Source of the DNA: an uncultured SAR86 cluster bacterium
GTDB lineage: Bacteria > Pseudomonadota > Gammaproteobacteria > Magnimaribacterales > AG-339-G14
NCBI GenBank assembly: GCA_902525735.1
Contig: CABZIF010000001.1
Span: 178,036 to 242,035, forward strand
Reading direction: 5' to 3'
Length of the DNA stretch: 64,000 nt
Shown here: one piece after another, positions 21,465 to 31,601 of the stretch
How the letters are laid out: each line of letters opens with the position of its first letter
How positions within the stretch are numbered: position 1 is the stretch's first letter
Position numbers and translations under genes: made by a program
Notes under the pieces: generated by a model
What the model was told of the DNA's origin: nothing
Databases searched by the model: none
The model's input: only the letters and a program-made list of their open reading frames with translations

Positions 21465-22682
21465 ATGATTTCAAATTTAGTTATACAAAAGTTTGGTGGT
21501 ACTTCTCTGGCTAACATCGAGAGAATTCAAGCTGTAGCACATTTAATAGAGCAATCAGTTCGAGATGGAAAAGAGGTTGTGGCTGTTGTGTCTGCAATGG
21601 CAGGAGAGACACAACGTTTAATTGATCTTGCTAAAGAAGTTCAATCAGAACCTGATCCTAGGGAGTACGATGCACTTATTTCTTCTGGAGAACAAGTATC
21701 AGTAGCTCTTTTAGCAATGGCTCTCAAGGAAAAAAACTTTCTATCAAAATCTTACACTGCTTTTCAATTGGGTTTAAAAACCGATCAAATTCATGGTAAA
21801 GCTAGAATTAATTCTATAGATACGAGTGTGTTACATGAGGATTTAAAAAAAGGAATAGTTCCAGTTATAACAGGATTTCAGGGAATTAATGAATCAGGTG
21901 ATATTACTACTCTCGGAAGAGGAGGATCAGATACTTCTGCTGTTGCTTTAGCAGTAGCTTTAAAGGCTAATGAATGTCAGATATTTACTGACGTAGATGG
22001 AGTTTATACGACTGATCCAAGAGTCTATGCAAAGGCAAAAAAAATAGATAAATTATCTTTTGAAGAAATGCTAGAACTTTCTAGTTTAGGTGCTAAAGTT
22101 CTCCAAATAAGAGCAGTTGAGTTTGCAAGTAAATTCAATATGCCAATAAGAGTTTTATCTAGTTTTAATAAAGGAGAAGGTACTTTGATTGATAAAGAAG
22201 ATGAAAATTTAGAGGATGCTTTAATTTCTGGAGTGACTCACACGAAAAATGACTCTAAATTAATCATAAGACAAGTCCCTGATGTGCCTGGGATTGCTGC
22301 CAAAATATTATCTCCCATCAGTAATGTGGGAATTGAGGTCGATGTAATCGTTCAAAACGTTGCAGAAGATAAAACTACGGATTTTACTTTTACAGTTAAG
22401 GATGAAGATGCGGACAAAGCTGCAAAAATTTTGAATGATTTATCTGATGAATTGGGAGGCGGAAGTGTTGAGCTAGCTAAAGAAATAAGTAAAGTGTCTG
22501 TTGTAGGAGTAGGAATGAAATCTCATGCTGGAGTAGCAACGAAAATGTTTTCGGCTCTTGCAGATAAAAATATTAATATAGATATGATATCTACTTCAGA
22601 AATTAAAATTTCTGTTGTGGTTTCAAGAGAAAGCGCTGAAGATGCTGTCAAAGCTTTGCATGATGTTTTTGAATTAGGCTAA
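21465..22682 (+). CDS. lysC: Aspartate kinase
   Basis: QKFGGTS, TTLGRGGSD, two C-terminal ACT domains. Confidence 0.95.
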   Translation: MISNLVIQKFGGTSLANIERIQAVAHLIEQSVRDGKEVVAVVSAMAGETQRLIDLAKEVQSEPDPREYDALISSGEQVSVALLAMALKEKNFLSKSYTAFQLGLKTDQIHGKARINSIDTSVLHEDLKKGIVPVITGFQGINESGDITTLGRGGSDTSAVALAVALKANECQIFTDVDGVYTTDPRVYAKAKKIDKLSFEEMLELSSLGAKVLQIRAVEFASKFNMPIRVLSSFNKGEGTLIDKEDENLEDALISGVTHTKNDSKLIIRQVPDVPGIAAKILSPISNVGIEVDVIVQNVAEDKTTDFTFTVKDEDADKAAKILNDLSDELGGGSVELAKEISKVSVVGVGMKSHAGVATKMFSALADKNINIDMISTSEIKISVVVSRESAEDAVKALHDVFELG

Positions 22683-22683
22683 C

Positions 22684-23241
22684 ATGAATACGATAGACGC
22701 ATTACTTACTCGGAATTCTGCACCAAGGTTAACGACTCCAATCCCTACGGAGAATCAACTCGAAATTGCATATAAGTGCGCATTAAGAGCACCAGATCAT
22801 GCTTGGATAAGACCATGGAAATTTATTCAAATTTCTGGAAAAGGTTTAGATAAACTCTCAAAAGCTTTTGTAAATACGGCAAAAAAATTAGACAAAAATG
22901 TTGATCCTGAAATTTTAAAAAAATATAAAGAAGCGCCTTATAGGGCTCCACTCATAATAGTTTTAGTAGCAGATACTAAAGAACATCCAAAAGTTCCTGT
23001 TATTGAGCAGCAATTATCGACCGCAACCGCTGGGCAAAATCTGTTATTAGCTTTTCATGAAATGGGTTTTGGCGGTATTTGGAGAACAGGAAAATTTTCA
23101 TTCAACAAGGAAATATCTATGGAACTGAGTCTTAAAGAAAATGAGATAGTTATCGGTTACTTATATATAGGAACAGTTGAAGGTAAAACAAAAAGAATTC
23201 CAGAATTGAACTCAAAGGATTTTGTTATAACTTGGGAATAA
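22684..23241 (+). CDS. Nitroreductase family protein (YdjA-like)
   Basis: RAPDHAWIRPWKF and WRTG motifs. Confidence 0.88.
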   Translation: MNTIDALLTRNSAPRLTTPIPTENQLEIAYKCALRAPDHAWIRPWKFIQISGKGLDKLSKAFVNTAKKLDKNVDPEILKKYKEAPYRAPLIIVLVADTKEHPKVPVIEQQLSTATAGQNLLLAFHEMGFGGIWRTGKFSFNKEISMELSLKENEIVIGYLYIGTVEGKTKRIPELNSKDFVITWE

Positions 23242-23244
23242 AAA

Positions 23245-24183
23245 CTAACTTTCAAAAGTTTTTAACATTCTAGTAGAGATTTCATTCATCAATTCTTCTG
23301 GTAACTCATGGCCAACCCCTTCCATGACGTATAATTCTGAATTAGTGATGCCTTCCGAAAGAGCAAATGCGTGATCTATCGGAATTAAAGGATCTTCAGA
23401 GCCATTTATTATTAAAGTAGGGATCTTAATATTTTTAAGCTTGTCCAAATAGCTTGGAGTTTTCTCTATGGCTTTAGAATGGAAAGCATAAGTATTAGTT
23501 CCATGATCATCTACCGTATTAAATAGTTCTTCAATTACGACGTCATCGTAGGAAAATCTGGAACCTATAGAAGCTTTAAAAGTTTTTAACATAGCCTCTT
23601 TTTGGTTATTTTTAATCATCATTAACACAGATTCAGTCATTCCATCTAAAAATATAGGGTCAGGCTTAGATAATCTTTCATCTCTTATTCCAGGTGAAGT
23701 GACCATTAAAGTTAGTGAGCTGACTAATTCAGGATTGTTTAATGCAATTGTTTGAGCTATCAACCCTCCCATTGATGCACCTACTAAGTGGGCCTTTTTA
23801 ATTTTAAGATATTTCATTAAAGCCATGACATCGTTAGCCATATCATTTAAATCATAGGGAGATTTTACAGTTTCAGGATTAGGTGTTTTTTTATAATTTG
23901 ATTGAATCACATATCTAATTAAATATTTAAGAATAAAACTCGGTACAAACTTTATTAGATTTTCAAAAAAATTTCGCTTTCCAAACCAAGTACTTTTTCC
24001 TGAGTCTCTGTTATCGAATCTTACAACATGATAATTATTTTGAACTAAAAGATTGATTAAACTCATAGGCCAAGCTTGAGAATTTGTGTAGGCTCCCATG
24101 ATAAATACAACAGTAGGATTTTTTGAATCACCAAAATCCTCCCACCAAATATCAATGTCGTTAACCTTTGCTAAATCCCCCAT
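23245..24183 (-). CDS. Alpha/beta hydrolase
   Basis: RFDNRDSGKS, GASMGG, GSEDP and GH. Confidence 0.88.
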   Translation of the reverse strand: MGDLAKVNDIDIWWEDFGDSKNPTVVFIMGAYTNSQAWPMSLINLLVQNNYHVVRFDNRDSGKSTWFGKRNFFENLIKFVPSFILKYLIRYVIQSNYKKTPNPETVKSPYDLNDMANDVMALMKYLKIKKAHLVGASMGGLIAQTIALNNPELVSSLTLMVTSPGIRDERLSKPDPIFLDGMTESVLMMIKNNQKEAMLKTFKASIGSRFSYDDVVIEELFNTVDDHGTNTYAFHSKAIEKTPSYLDKLKNIKIPTLIINGSEDPLIPIDHAFALSEGITNSELYVMEGVGHELPEELMNEISTRMLKTFES

Positions 24184-24259
24184 TTTTTTAGTATATTTCT
24201 TTGTAATTAATCGGTAAATAAAATATATTTAAATGCCGTATATACATGGAGAGAAAGAT

Positions 24260-25885
24260 ATGGAAAAAAGTTTTGATTATGTAGTTGTTGGTGCAGGAAG
24301 TGCAGGTTGTGTCATGGCAAATAGACTTTCTGAAAATGGTAAAAATACTGTATTAATTTTAGAAGCTGGAGGCAAAGACAGAAATTTTTTTATTCATATG
24401 CCATCAGGCTATTCTCAAATCGTTCCAACTAAAAGTAATCTTAATTATGCTTTTGAAACTGAACCAGAATCAACTACTAGTAATAGAAAACTTTATTGGC
24501 CAAGAGGTCGCGGCTGGGGTGGCTCCTCGTCAATAAATGCAATGATTTACATAAGGGGTCATTCACATGATTACGATTTGTGGAGACAAATGGGAAATAG
24601 CGGCTGGTCTTATGATGATGTATTGCCGTACTTTAAGAAAGCTGAATCATTTAATGGCGATGGAGATAAAGATTACCATGGCTTTGATGGTCCATTGAAT
24701 GTTAAAAAATCTGAAAGAACTGACGATGAATTATTAGATGTTTATGTCGAAGCTGGAAAACAAGCTGGTTTTCCAATAACCAAAGATTTCAATGGAAAAA
24801 GTCAAGAAGGATTTTCAAGATATGAACATACTATGCATGATACGAAATTAGGCCCTAGAAGATGGAGTTCTGCGAGGGCATATCTACATCCAGCTTTGAA
24901 AAGAAAAAATTTAAGTACAGAGATTAATGTGCAAGTGAATAAAATTTTATTCGAAGGTAAAAAAGCGATTGGCGTAGAGTATCTTCACAAAGGGAAAATT
25001 TCAACTGTAAAAGCGAGTAAAGAAGTAATTCTTTCTGCAGGAGCGATAAATTCTCCTCAAATTTTAATGAATAGTGGGGTAGGGGACTCTAAAGAATTAG
25101 GGAAACATGGAATAGATGTGGTTCATGAATCTAAGGGCGTAGGAAAAAATTTGCAAGATCATTACGCAGTTGTGCATTCTTTCAATTGTACTAAACCCGT
25201 AACTCTTCATAGATCTGCAAGTTTTTTAAGAACTCAACTTTCAGGATTGCAATATTTACTGCTTGGTACTGGAGATGCAGCCAATCCTCCTTCAAGTGCT
25301 GGAGCATTTTTTAAATCGAGTCCTGAGAAAGATATTCCTGATACTCAAATTCATTTTGCTTCATACCAAACAGATGATCTCCATGGAAGAGAGGGCATAG
25401 GAGCTGAACACGGTTTTAGTGCAGTTATTTGTATTTTAAGGCCACAAAGTAGGGGGCATTTGGAGCTTAAAAGTGCTGATCCAAGTGAACCGCCTTTAAT
25501 GTATCCAAATTATCTCTCTGAAGAACAAGATATCATTGATACAAGAAATGCTTTTAGAGAATCAAGAAGAGTCTTTATGCAACCCGCATTTGATGACTAT
25601 CGTGGAGAACAATCTAAACCCAGTTCCGATGTAAACGTCGATAATGATGACGAAGTTGATCAGTGGGTACGAGACACGGGCGAAACTCTTTATCATCCAG
25701 TCGGCACTTGCAAGATGGGTAATGATGACATGGCCGTTGTAGATGACAATTTAAAAGTAAGAGGTATAGATAACTTAAGAGTTGTTGATGCATCAATAAT
25801 GCCTACTTTGATAGGAGGTAACACTAACGCTCCTTCGATCATGATAGCTGAGAAAGCTTCAGATATTATTAGACAATCTGTGTGA
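24260..25885 (+). CDS. GMC oxidoreductase (choline/alcohol dehydrogenase-like)
   Basis: GAGSAG, GGSSSINAMIY, YHPVGTCKMG, GNTNAP. ATG 24260 follows GGAGAG (alternative ATG 24233). Confidence 0.9.
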   Translation: MEKSFDYVVVGAGSAGCVMANRLSENGKNTVLILEAGGKDRNFFIHMPSGYSQIVPTKSNLNYAFETEPESTTSNRKLYWPRGRGWGGSSSINAMIYIRGHSHDYDLWRQMGNSGWSYDDVLPYFKKAESFNGDGDKDYHGFDGPLNVKKSERTDDELLDVYVEAGKQAGFPITKDFNGKSQEGFSRYEHTMHDTKLGPRRWSSARAYLHPALKRKNLSTEINVQVNKILFEGKKAIGVEYLHKGKISTVKASKEVILSAGAINSPQILMNSGVGDSKELGKHGIDVVHESKGVGKNLQDHYAVVHSFNCTKPVTLHRSASFLRTQLSGLQYLLLGTGDAANPPSSAGAFFKSSPEKDIPDTQIHFASYQTDDLHGREGIGAEHGFSAVICILRPQSRGHLELKSADPSEPPLMYPNYLSEEQDIIDTRNAFRESRRVFMQPAFDDYRGEQSKPSSDVNVDNDDEVDQWVRDTGETLYHPVGTCKMGNDDMAVVDDNLKVRGIDNLRVVDASIMPTLIGGNTNAPSIMIAEKASDIIRQSV

Positions 25886-25906
25886 AAAACTTACAATTCC
25901 TCTTTC

Positions 25907-25997
25907 GGAGAGGTGGCTGAGTGGTTGAAAGCGCTCCCCTGCTAAGGGAGTATGTGGTAATCCTGCATCGAGGGTTCGAATCCCTCCCTCTCCGCCA
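25907..25997 (+). tRNA. tRNA-Ser(GCT)
   Basis: GGAGAGGTGGCTGAGTGG...CTCCCCTGCTAAGGGAG, long variable arm, GGTTCGAATCCC...CCGCCA. Confidence 0.97.
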
Positions 25998-26026
25998 AGT
26001 ATAAGTAAATACTGTAAAATTAAGGT

Positions 26027-27010
26027 GTGTACATTATGAGAATATATTTAGTAGTTGTTATGTTTTTATCTGGCTTAGTTGCTTCTGAAAAAAATATTGA
26101 ATCTTACGAAGTTAAAATTATTGAAGAATTTAAAATTAATAAATTATTACCTGGAAAAATTACGCCAAAAAGACAATCCATTCTTGGTTTTGAAATTTCT
26201 GGAAAATTGAAGAAAGTAGTTGTTGATATTGGTGATGAAGTTAATGCGGGAGATCTGTTAGCAGAACTTGAAGATTCTGAGGCTTTAGCTAACTATAACG
26301 AAGCAAAAGCTAAATTTTCCATGTTTGAAAAAATCTTTGAAAGATCTTTATCTTTAAATAAAGATAATTTTGTCTCTGATCAAGAGTTAGAAAAAGCTGA
26401 GTCTAATTTTTTAGTTGCACAAGCTCAATTTGATAAAGCTTTGATCAAATTTCAACAAACTAAAATTTTAGCTCCTTATGACGGGATTATACAAAATAGA
26501 TTTTTAGACGAAGGTTCTATAATTAACGCCAGTATTCCTATAGTAGAAATCCTTGATTCGAAATTTGTCGAAGCAAAAGTTTCTTTACCCAAGTCATTAG
26601 TAAATATTTTAGATATAGGTAAAGAGTATGAATTTTTGATTGAAGATAAAGAATACACAGGCAAATTAACTAGAATCGCTCCCATGTCAGAAAAAGGTAC
26701 AAACAATAAATTAGGATTATTCGAATTTAATGATTTTTTTAATCCTGGTGCTACAGCAAGACTAGTTCTAAGCACTACCGAATCAAGAAAAGGAGCCTGG
26801 GTCCCTTTAAATTCTCTCTCTCAATCGGAACAAGGCCTTTGGAATTTATATACCGTTTCATCAGGCAATTTGGCACAAAAAGATTACGTTGAACTAATTC
26901 ATATTGAAAACAATATGGCTTATGTGTCTGGAACAATTAAGAATGGAGATTTAGTTATTATTGGCGGAGCTTCTAAAGTCGCAGAAGGACAAAATATAAA
27001 AATTAACTAA
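26027..27010 (+). CDS. RND efflux periplasmic adaptor (MFP)
   Basis: Lipoyl-like GDEVNAGDLLAEL and APYDG motifs, helical hairpin; start may be ATG 26036. Confidence 0.88.
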   Translation: MYIMRIYLVVVMFLSGLVASEKNIESYEVKIIEEFKINKLLPGKITPKRQSILGFEISGKLKKVVVDIGDEVNAGDLLAELEDSEALANYNEAKAKFSMFEKIFERSLSLNKDNFVSDQELEKAESNFLVAQAQFDKALIKFQQTKILAPYDGIIQNRFLDEGSIINASIPIVEILDSKFVEAKVSLPKSLVNILDIGKEYEFLIEDKEYTGKLTRIAPMSEKGTNNKLGLFEFNDFFNPGATARLVLSTTESRKGAWVPLNSLSQSEQGLWNLYTVSSGNLAQKDYVELIHIENNMAYVSGTIKNGDLVIIGGASKVAEGQNIKIN

Positions 27011-30000
27011 TGAAAAAAATAGTTGATTTATATTTAGATCGACCAAAAATCTTTCTTCTTTTTTTGCTATTTGTTGTAGTTGGAGGATTATTATCCTTTG
27101 ACTCGTTACCAAGACAAGAAAATCCTCAATTGGCTGAAAGGTGGGGCGATATCACAGCTGTTTTACCAGGCGCGTCACCTGAGCGAGTAGAAACTCAAAT
27201 TTCGGATATCCTAGAAACAGAACTTAGAGAGATTGATGAAATAAAAATATTAAGTTCAAACTCATCTACCGGGGTTGGATTAGTGGGAATCGAGCTCAAA
27301 GAAACTGTCAGTAAAGCACAAACAGACGAAGTTTGGTCGAAAATAGAAAATAAATTAAGAGAGACTTCTAATTTAGTTCCAGAAGGCACGAGAATTGGTC
27401 TCAGTCATAGTGGACCTCCCACAACTCTTCTTTTCGCTCTTCAGTGGCTTGGAGACGGTGAACCTCAGATGATCATTCTCTCTCGCTTGGCAAGTCAATT
27501 GAAAAGAAAGTTAGCAAATATTTCTAATTCAGAAAAATCTGTTATTTATGGCGACACTAAAGAAGAAATTTATATTGGAGCAAACTTAGATTTATTAGCA
27601 GATGCTGGAATGAATATTCAAGATATAGCTAATGCGGTAAATCAATACGATAGTAAACAAGCTTTAGGAAACATAACTGGCGCCAAATCAGAATTTAGAA
27701 TTCAAGCTCAAGACAATATATCTTTAGTAAATGATCTAAAAAAACTACCATTAAAAATAATAGGAGACTTCCAAGCCTTGAGATTGGAAGACGTTGCGAC
27801 AGTTAATAAACTGCCAGTCGATCCTCCTATAGAGTTTGTTGAATTTAATGGTACACCGTCCGTTTTTGTTGAAGTGAGAGGAATTTTTTCTCAAAGAACT
27901 GATTTATATTCTGGTTCAGTTTTAAGAATTACTGATGAATTTAAAAGAGAACTACCGGAAGAAATAGGACTAAAGCTAGTTTTTAATGAGGCAGATTTTG
28001 TTGAAGATAAATTTTCTTTTTTACTGCAGAGTATTTTAATTGCAACGTTTTTGGTTTTAGCCTTAAGTTATATTTCACTTGGTCCAAGATCAGCAATAAT
28101 TGTGAGCGCGGTGGTCCCTCTTACGATTCTTCTAGTTTTAGTATTGTGTAGTATTTTTAGTATTCCGTTACACACCACCTCAGTTACTGGCATAATTCTA
28201 TCTCTTGGGCTTTTAATTGATAACTCCATCATCGTAGTTGAAGATTATAAATTTAGAAAAAGTAAAAATTTAATTAATCGTGAGGCAATATATGCCTCAA
28301 TAAGACATTTATCCTTACCTTTGCTTGCTGCAACCGTTACCACTGGCCTTGCATTTATGCCTATGGCGGCAGGGAAGGGAGCAAGCCCTGAATTTGTCGG
28401 AGAAATGGCAATCACAATTATTTTCGCTGTTTCCTCTTCTTTATTATTAGCTTTAACAGTGGTGCCAGTCTTATTAAAAATAATGGAAGAGAAAAATTTC
28501 TTTAATTTGAACAATTCAAAAAATTCAGGCTTTAGTAATGACAAAATATATAAAAATTATGAAAAGTTTTTAAAGTGGAGTTTTCATAAACCTTTTAGGG
28601 CACTGATTCTTGCTTTAATACTTCCTCTGACAGGATTTATTTCTTTCAATTTTCTTGACACTGATTTTTTTCCTAATCAAGGAAAACCAATGTTTAAAGT
28701 TGAAGTGGAGTTAGATAAAAACGCTTCTATTTTTGCAACGAAAGAAAGAGTAAAAAGTATTAGAGAACAAGTTTTAATGGAAGACTACATAGAGTCTGAT
28801 ATGTGGTGGATTGGAAGAAGGCTGCCTAGACTTTTATACAATGTCATTGGAGGTTCTTCTGGAGAAGGCTCAGATAACTTAGCTACAGGTGTTTATTTCA
28901 CAAACTCATATTCTGAAATGGATAGAAGTTTAGAGGATTTGGCTAAAAACTTGGAAAAAGATCATGCTGATGTAAGAATTAGAGTTAGTAAATTTACTAA
29001 TGGACCACCGGTAGAATTCCCTGTACAGCTAGCTATCTTCGGGGACGACAATCAAGTATTAAAAATTTTAGGAGAAAGGCTCAAAGCAATAATCTCCAAG
29101 TCTCCCCAAGTGAGTGATGTTTTTGCCGATCAATCTGCAAGTATTACTGGATTAGAATTAAAGTTAGATGAAATAGATTTAGCTTTTTCTTCAAAGTCTT
29201 CAAGAGAAATCTTAAACGAAATTTCATCTTCAACAAGAGGAATGTATATAAGCTCTATGCTTGATGGTAATAAAGAAATTCCGATTAGGATAAAAAATAA
29301 CAATATTGAATCAAAAGAGATAAATCAAACTTCTCTGTTAGCGATACCTGGAAGGAATGGATACGAATATGTGGAAAATTTTTCAGATATTGAATTTAAA
29401 AGTGAAATTAATCAAATTAATAGATATCAAGGATCGAGATTGAATTCTGTCAAAGCAGCTGTTTATCCAGGTCGTCTAGCATCCATGGTTTTAAAAGACG
29501 TTGAAAAGGAACTGAAAGTTTTTGAAAATTCTTTGCCCGCCGGTTATTCAATGCGACAGTTTGGAGATGCAGATGAAAGAGCAAGATCTTTTGGACAATT
29601 GTTCAGTACTTTTTTCCTATTCCTAGGCTTAATAATCCTTACTCTGGTAATGATACTAAATAGTTTTCTTCAAGCTAGTGTAATTTTGTTGGTCGGTTTT
29701 CTTTGTGTAGGTTTGGGATTTTTAGGAATGTTTCTAGGCTTTCAAAATTTTGGATTTATAGGATTGGTAGGGATTGTTGGTTTAGCAGGCCTCGCAATTA
29801 ATGATGCCATAGTAGTTTTATCTCATTTAAATGAAGAGGCTGCAGATGGTAAATTATCCAAAGACGAATTAATTTTCACAACCATCAGATCAACAAGACA
29901 TATAGTTACTACTTCCATTACCACGGTTGGTGGTTTATTTCCTCTTTTATTCGATACTTTTTTTGAGACTTTAGCGTGGGCAATGTGCTTCGGTGTGATT

Positions 30001-30069
30001 GGTTCCGCTCTGATTGCGCTTTTATTAATTCCCTCTATGTACTGTTTTTTAGGGCGAGTTGAAGTTTAA
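27010..30069 (+). CDS. RND efflux permease (AcrB/AcrD/AcrF family)
   Basis: 1019 aa, PGASPERVE, GLLIDNSIIVVE, RND two-repeat TM layout. Confidence 0.92.
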   Translation: MKKIVDLYLDRPKIFLLFLLFVVVGGLLSFDSLPRQENPQLAERWGDITAVLPGASPERVETQISDILETELREIDEIKILSSNSSTGVGLVGIELKETVSKAQTDEVWSKIENKLRETSNLVPEGTRIGLSHSGPPTTLLFALQWLGDGEPQMIILSRLASQLKRKLANISNSEKSVIYGDTKEEIYIGANLDLLADAGMNIQDIANAVNQYDSKQALGNITGAKSEFRIQAQDNISLVNDLKKLPLKIIGDFQALRLEDVATVNKLPVDPPIEFVEFNGTPSVFVEVRGIFSQRTDLYSGSVLRITDEFKRELPEEIGLKLVFNEADFVEDKFSFLLQSILIATFLVLALSYISLGPRSAIIVSAVVPLTILLVLVLCSIFSIPLHTTSVTGIILSLGLLIDNSIIVVEDYKFRKSKNLINREAIYASIRHLSLPLLAATVTTGLAFMPMAAGKGASPEFVGEMAITIIFAVSSSLLLALTVVPVLLKIMEEKNFFNLNNSKNSGFSNDKIYKNYEKFLKWSFHKPFRALILALILPLTGFISFNFLDTDFFPNQGKPMFKVEVELDKNASIFATKERVKSIREQVLMEDYIESDMWWIGRRLPRLLYNVIGGSSGEGSDNLATGVYFTNSYSEMDRSLEDLAKNLEKDHADVRIRVSKFTNGPPVEFPVQLAIFGDDNQVLKILGERLKAIISKSPQVSDVFADQSASITGLELKLDEIDLAFSSKSSREILNEISSSTRGMYISSMLDGNKEIPIRIKNNNIESKEINQTSLLAIPGRNGYEYVENFSDIEFKSEINQINRYQGSRLNSVKAAVYPGRLASMVLKDVEKELKVFENSLPAGYSMRQFGDADERARSFGQLFSTFFLFLGLIILTLVMILNSFLQASVILLVGFLCVGLGFLGMFLGFQNFGFIGLVGIVGLAGLAINDAIVVLSHLNEEAADGKLSKDELIFTTIRSTRHIVTTSITTVGGLFPLLFDTFFETLAWAMCFGVIGSALIALLLIPSMYCFLGRVEV

Positions 30070-30070
30070 A

Positions 30071-31549
30071 TTAAAAATTGTATTCGGTAATTATGCCTAA
30101 TATGTTTTTGTCTAAATTTTTATCTAAAAACGGAAGTTTTTTGTCCGTCAAAGTAAGAATTAATTCCATCGATAATTTTTTTGAGAATTGAGTTTTATAT
30201 TTAGTTTTCAAGCCATAAAAAAGTTCTCCAGAAGAACCCCAAACGCTTGGTCCACTTCGATCCACGTTTGGTTCTGCATAAAATAAATCAATTTTAAAAT
30301 GAGAATTGTCACTGATTTCTTTTAAGAAAGATAACTGAGTATATTTAGAATCAGCATCTATAAAAGCCCCTATTGGTAATCCTCTATACCTATATCCAGA
30401 TTGATAGATACTATGCCTATAAGTAACATTATATTTTTGATATGCGTAATTATCCTCGGTAGAAGTTTTGGACGATTCCAGAATGATTGAATTCAATAAA
30501 TCATTTTTAAGAAATTTAAATTCTGCTCCAAAAGTAGATATATAAGACGATATTAGGCTTGTGCTGCTAGTGTCAGAGTCTTCCCCAATTCTTTGAAAAT
30601 AAATAGTAGTAATATTTTCATTAAATTTTATATCGTATTTAATGTCATAACCTCCCAACTGATTTGACAAGTTTGTTCCAATATATTCTCCTCCAATCCT
30701 TTCATATTCTCCTGACCCTCCTCCTGCTTCAAAGAAAGCTTTGTAAAAGGAATTAAAACTTTCACTTCTGCCTTCTCCCCCTATCATAATGGTTCTTGAA
30801 AGCCCTAGATAAAGATTATTAAACGGATTAAAAGTAACCCTTGTACCTAACAAAAATGGATTTGGAACATGTCTATTTTTTTCAAGCCTGTTTATAAAAA
30901 GGGAAAAATCAATTTTACCCAAAGGGGCTAAAAACCTATTTGAAAAATCAAACCCTTTTAATGAATTAATAAATATTCCTAGAGGAGGTTTAGCGTAGTT
31001 TGAAAGAATCAAATTATTATCATGAGTGGGTCCCCACCAACGATCAATAAATCCAATCCCAAAAATTAAGTTCCATTTTGAAAATGAGATATGAGATCCA
31101 TTATAAAGAATTTTTTTTTCATCATATGAATCTTCAATAAAATGAAGGTTTAGATTTAAAGAAAAATTTTTATTTGTATAACTGTTTTTAAGAACAATAG
31201 AATTTTTGCTCGTCCAATTATCATCTAAGTTTTTGATCACTAAATCATCAGAAAAAATATTAAAAGAAATAGATGAATTAAATTTTTCAGTTTTTTTAAA
31301 ATATTTATCAACGAGTGAGTTTATTTCAATTTTATCGTCTAAAAATGAAGCTTCGTAAATTGTAGAATTTTTTAAAGAATTTAAATTTAACGGATAGGTT
31401 GTTGTTCTAATATTTGTATTATTTTTTGCGGTGTAAAGCTCAAGTTTTTTTATCTTTAATTCATCTTCTGGTTCAATCCAAATAGAAGATAAAAAATAAT
31501 TTGAAAAAAGTATTATTACTAATAGATAAAATTTTTTAAAATACAACAT
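30071..31549 (-). CDS. Capsule assembly Wzi-family outer membrane protein
   Basis: Signal peptide, DRWWGP...NLILSNYA, NQLGGYD, YRHSIYQSGYRY, C-terminal YxF. Confidence 0.8.
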   Translation of the reverse strand: MLYFKKFYLLVIILFSNYFLSSIWIEPEDELKIKKLELYTAKNNTNIRTTTYPLNLNSLKNSTIYEASFLDDKIEINSLVDKYFKKTEKFNSSISFNIFSDDLVIKNLDDNWTSKNSIVLKNSYTNKNFSLNLNLHFIEDSYDEKKILYNGSHISFSKWNLIFGIGFIDRWWGPTHDNNLILSNYAKPPLGIFINSLKGFDFSNRFLAPLGKIDFSLFINRLEKNRHVPNPFLLGTRVTFNPFNNLYLGLSRTIMIGGEGRSESFNSFYKAFFEAGGGSGEYERIGGEYIGTNLSNQLGGYDIKYDIKFNENITTIYFQRIGEDSDTSSTSLISSYISTFGAEFKFLKNDLLNSIILESSKTSTEDNYAYQKYNVTYRHSIYQSGYRYRGLPIGAFIDADSKYTQLSFLKEISDNSHFKIDLFYAEPNVDRSGPSVWGSSGELFYGLKTKYKTQFSKKLSMELILTLTDKKLPFLDKNLDKNILGIITEYNF

Positions 31550-31601
31550 TTTGAAAAAAATATATTGAGGGAAGTATAATGTATATAAATATTAAAACTT
31601 A

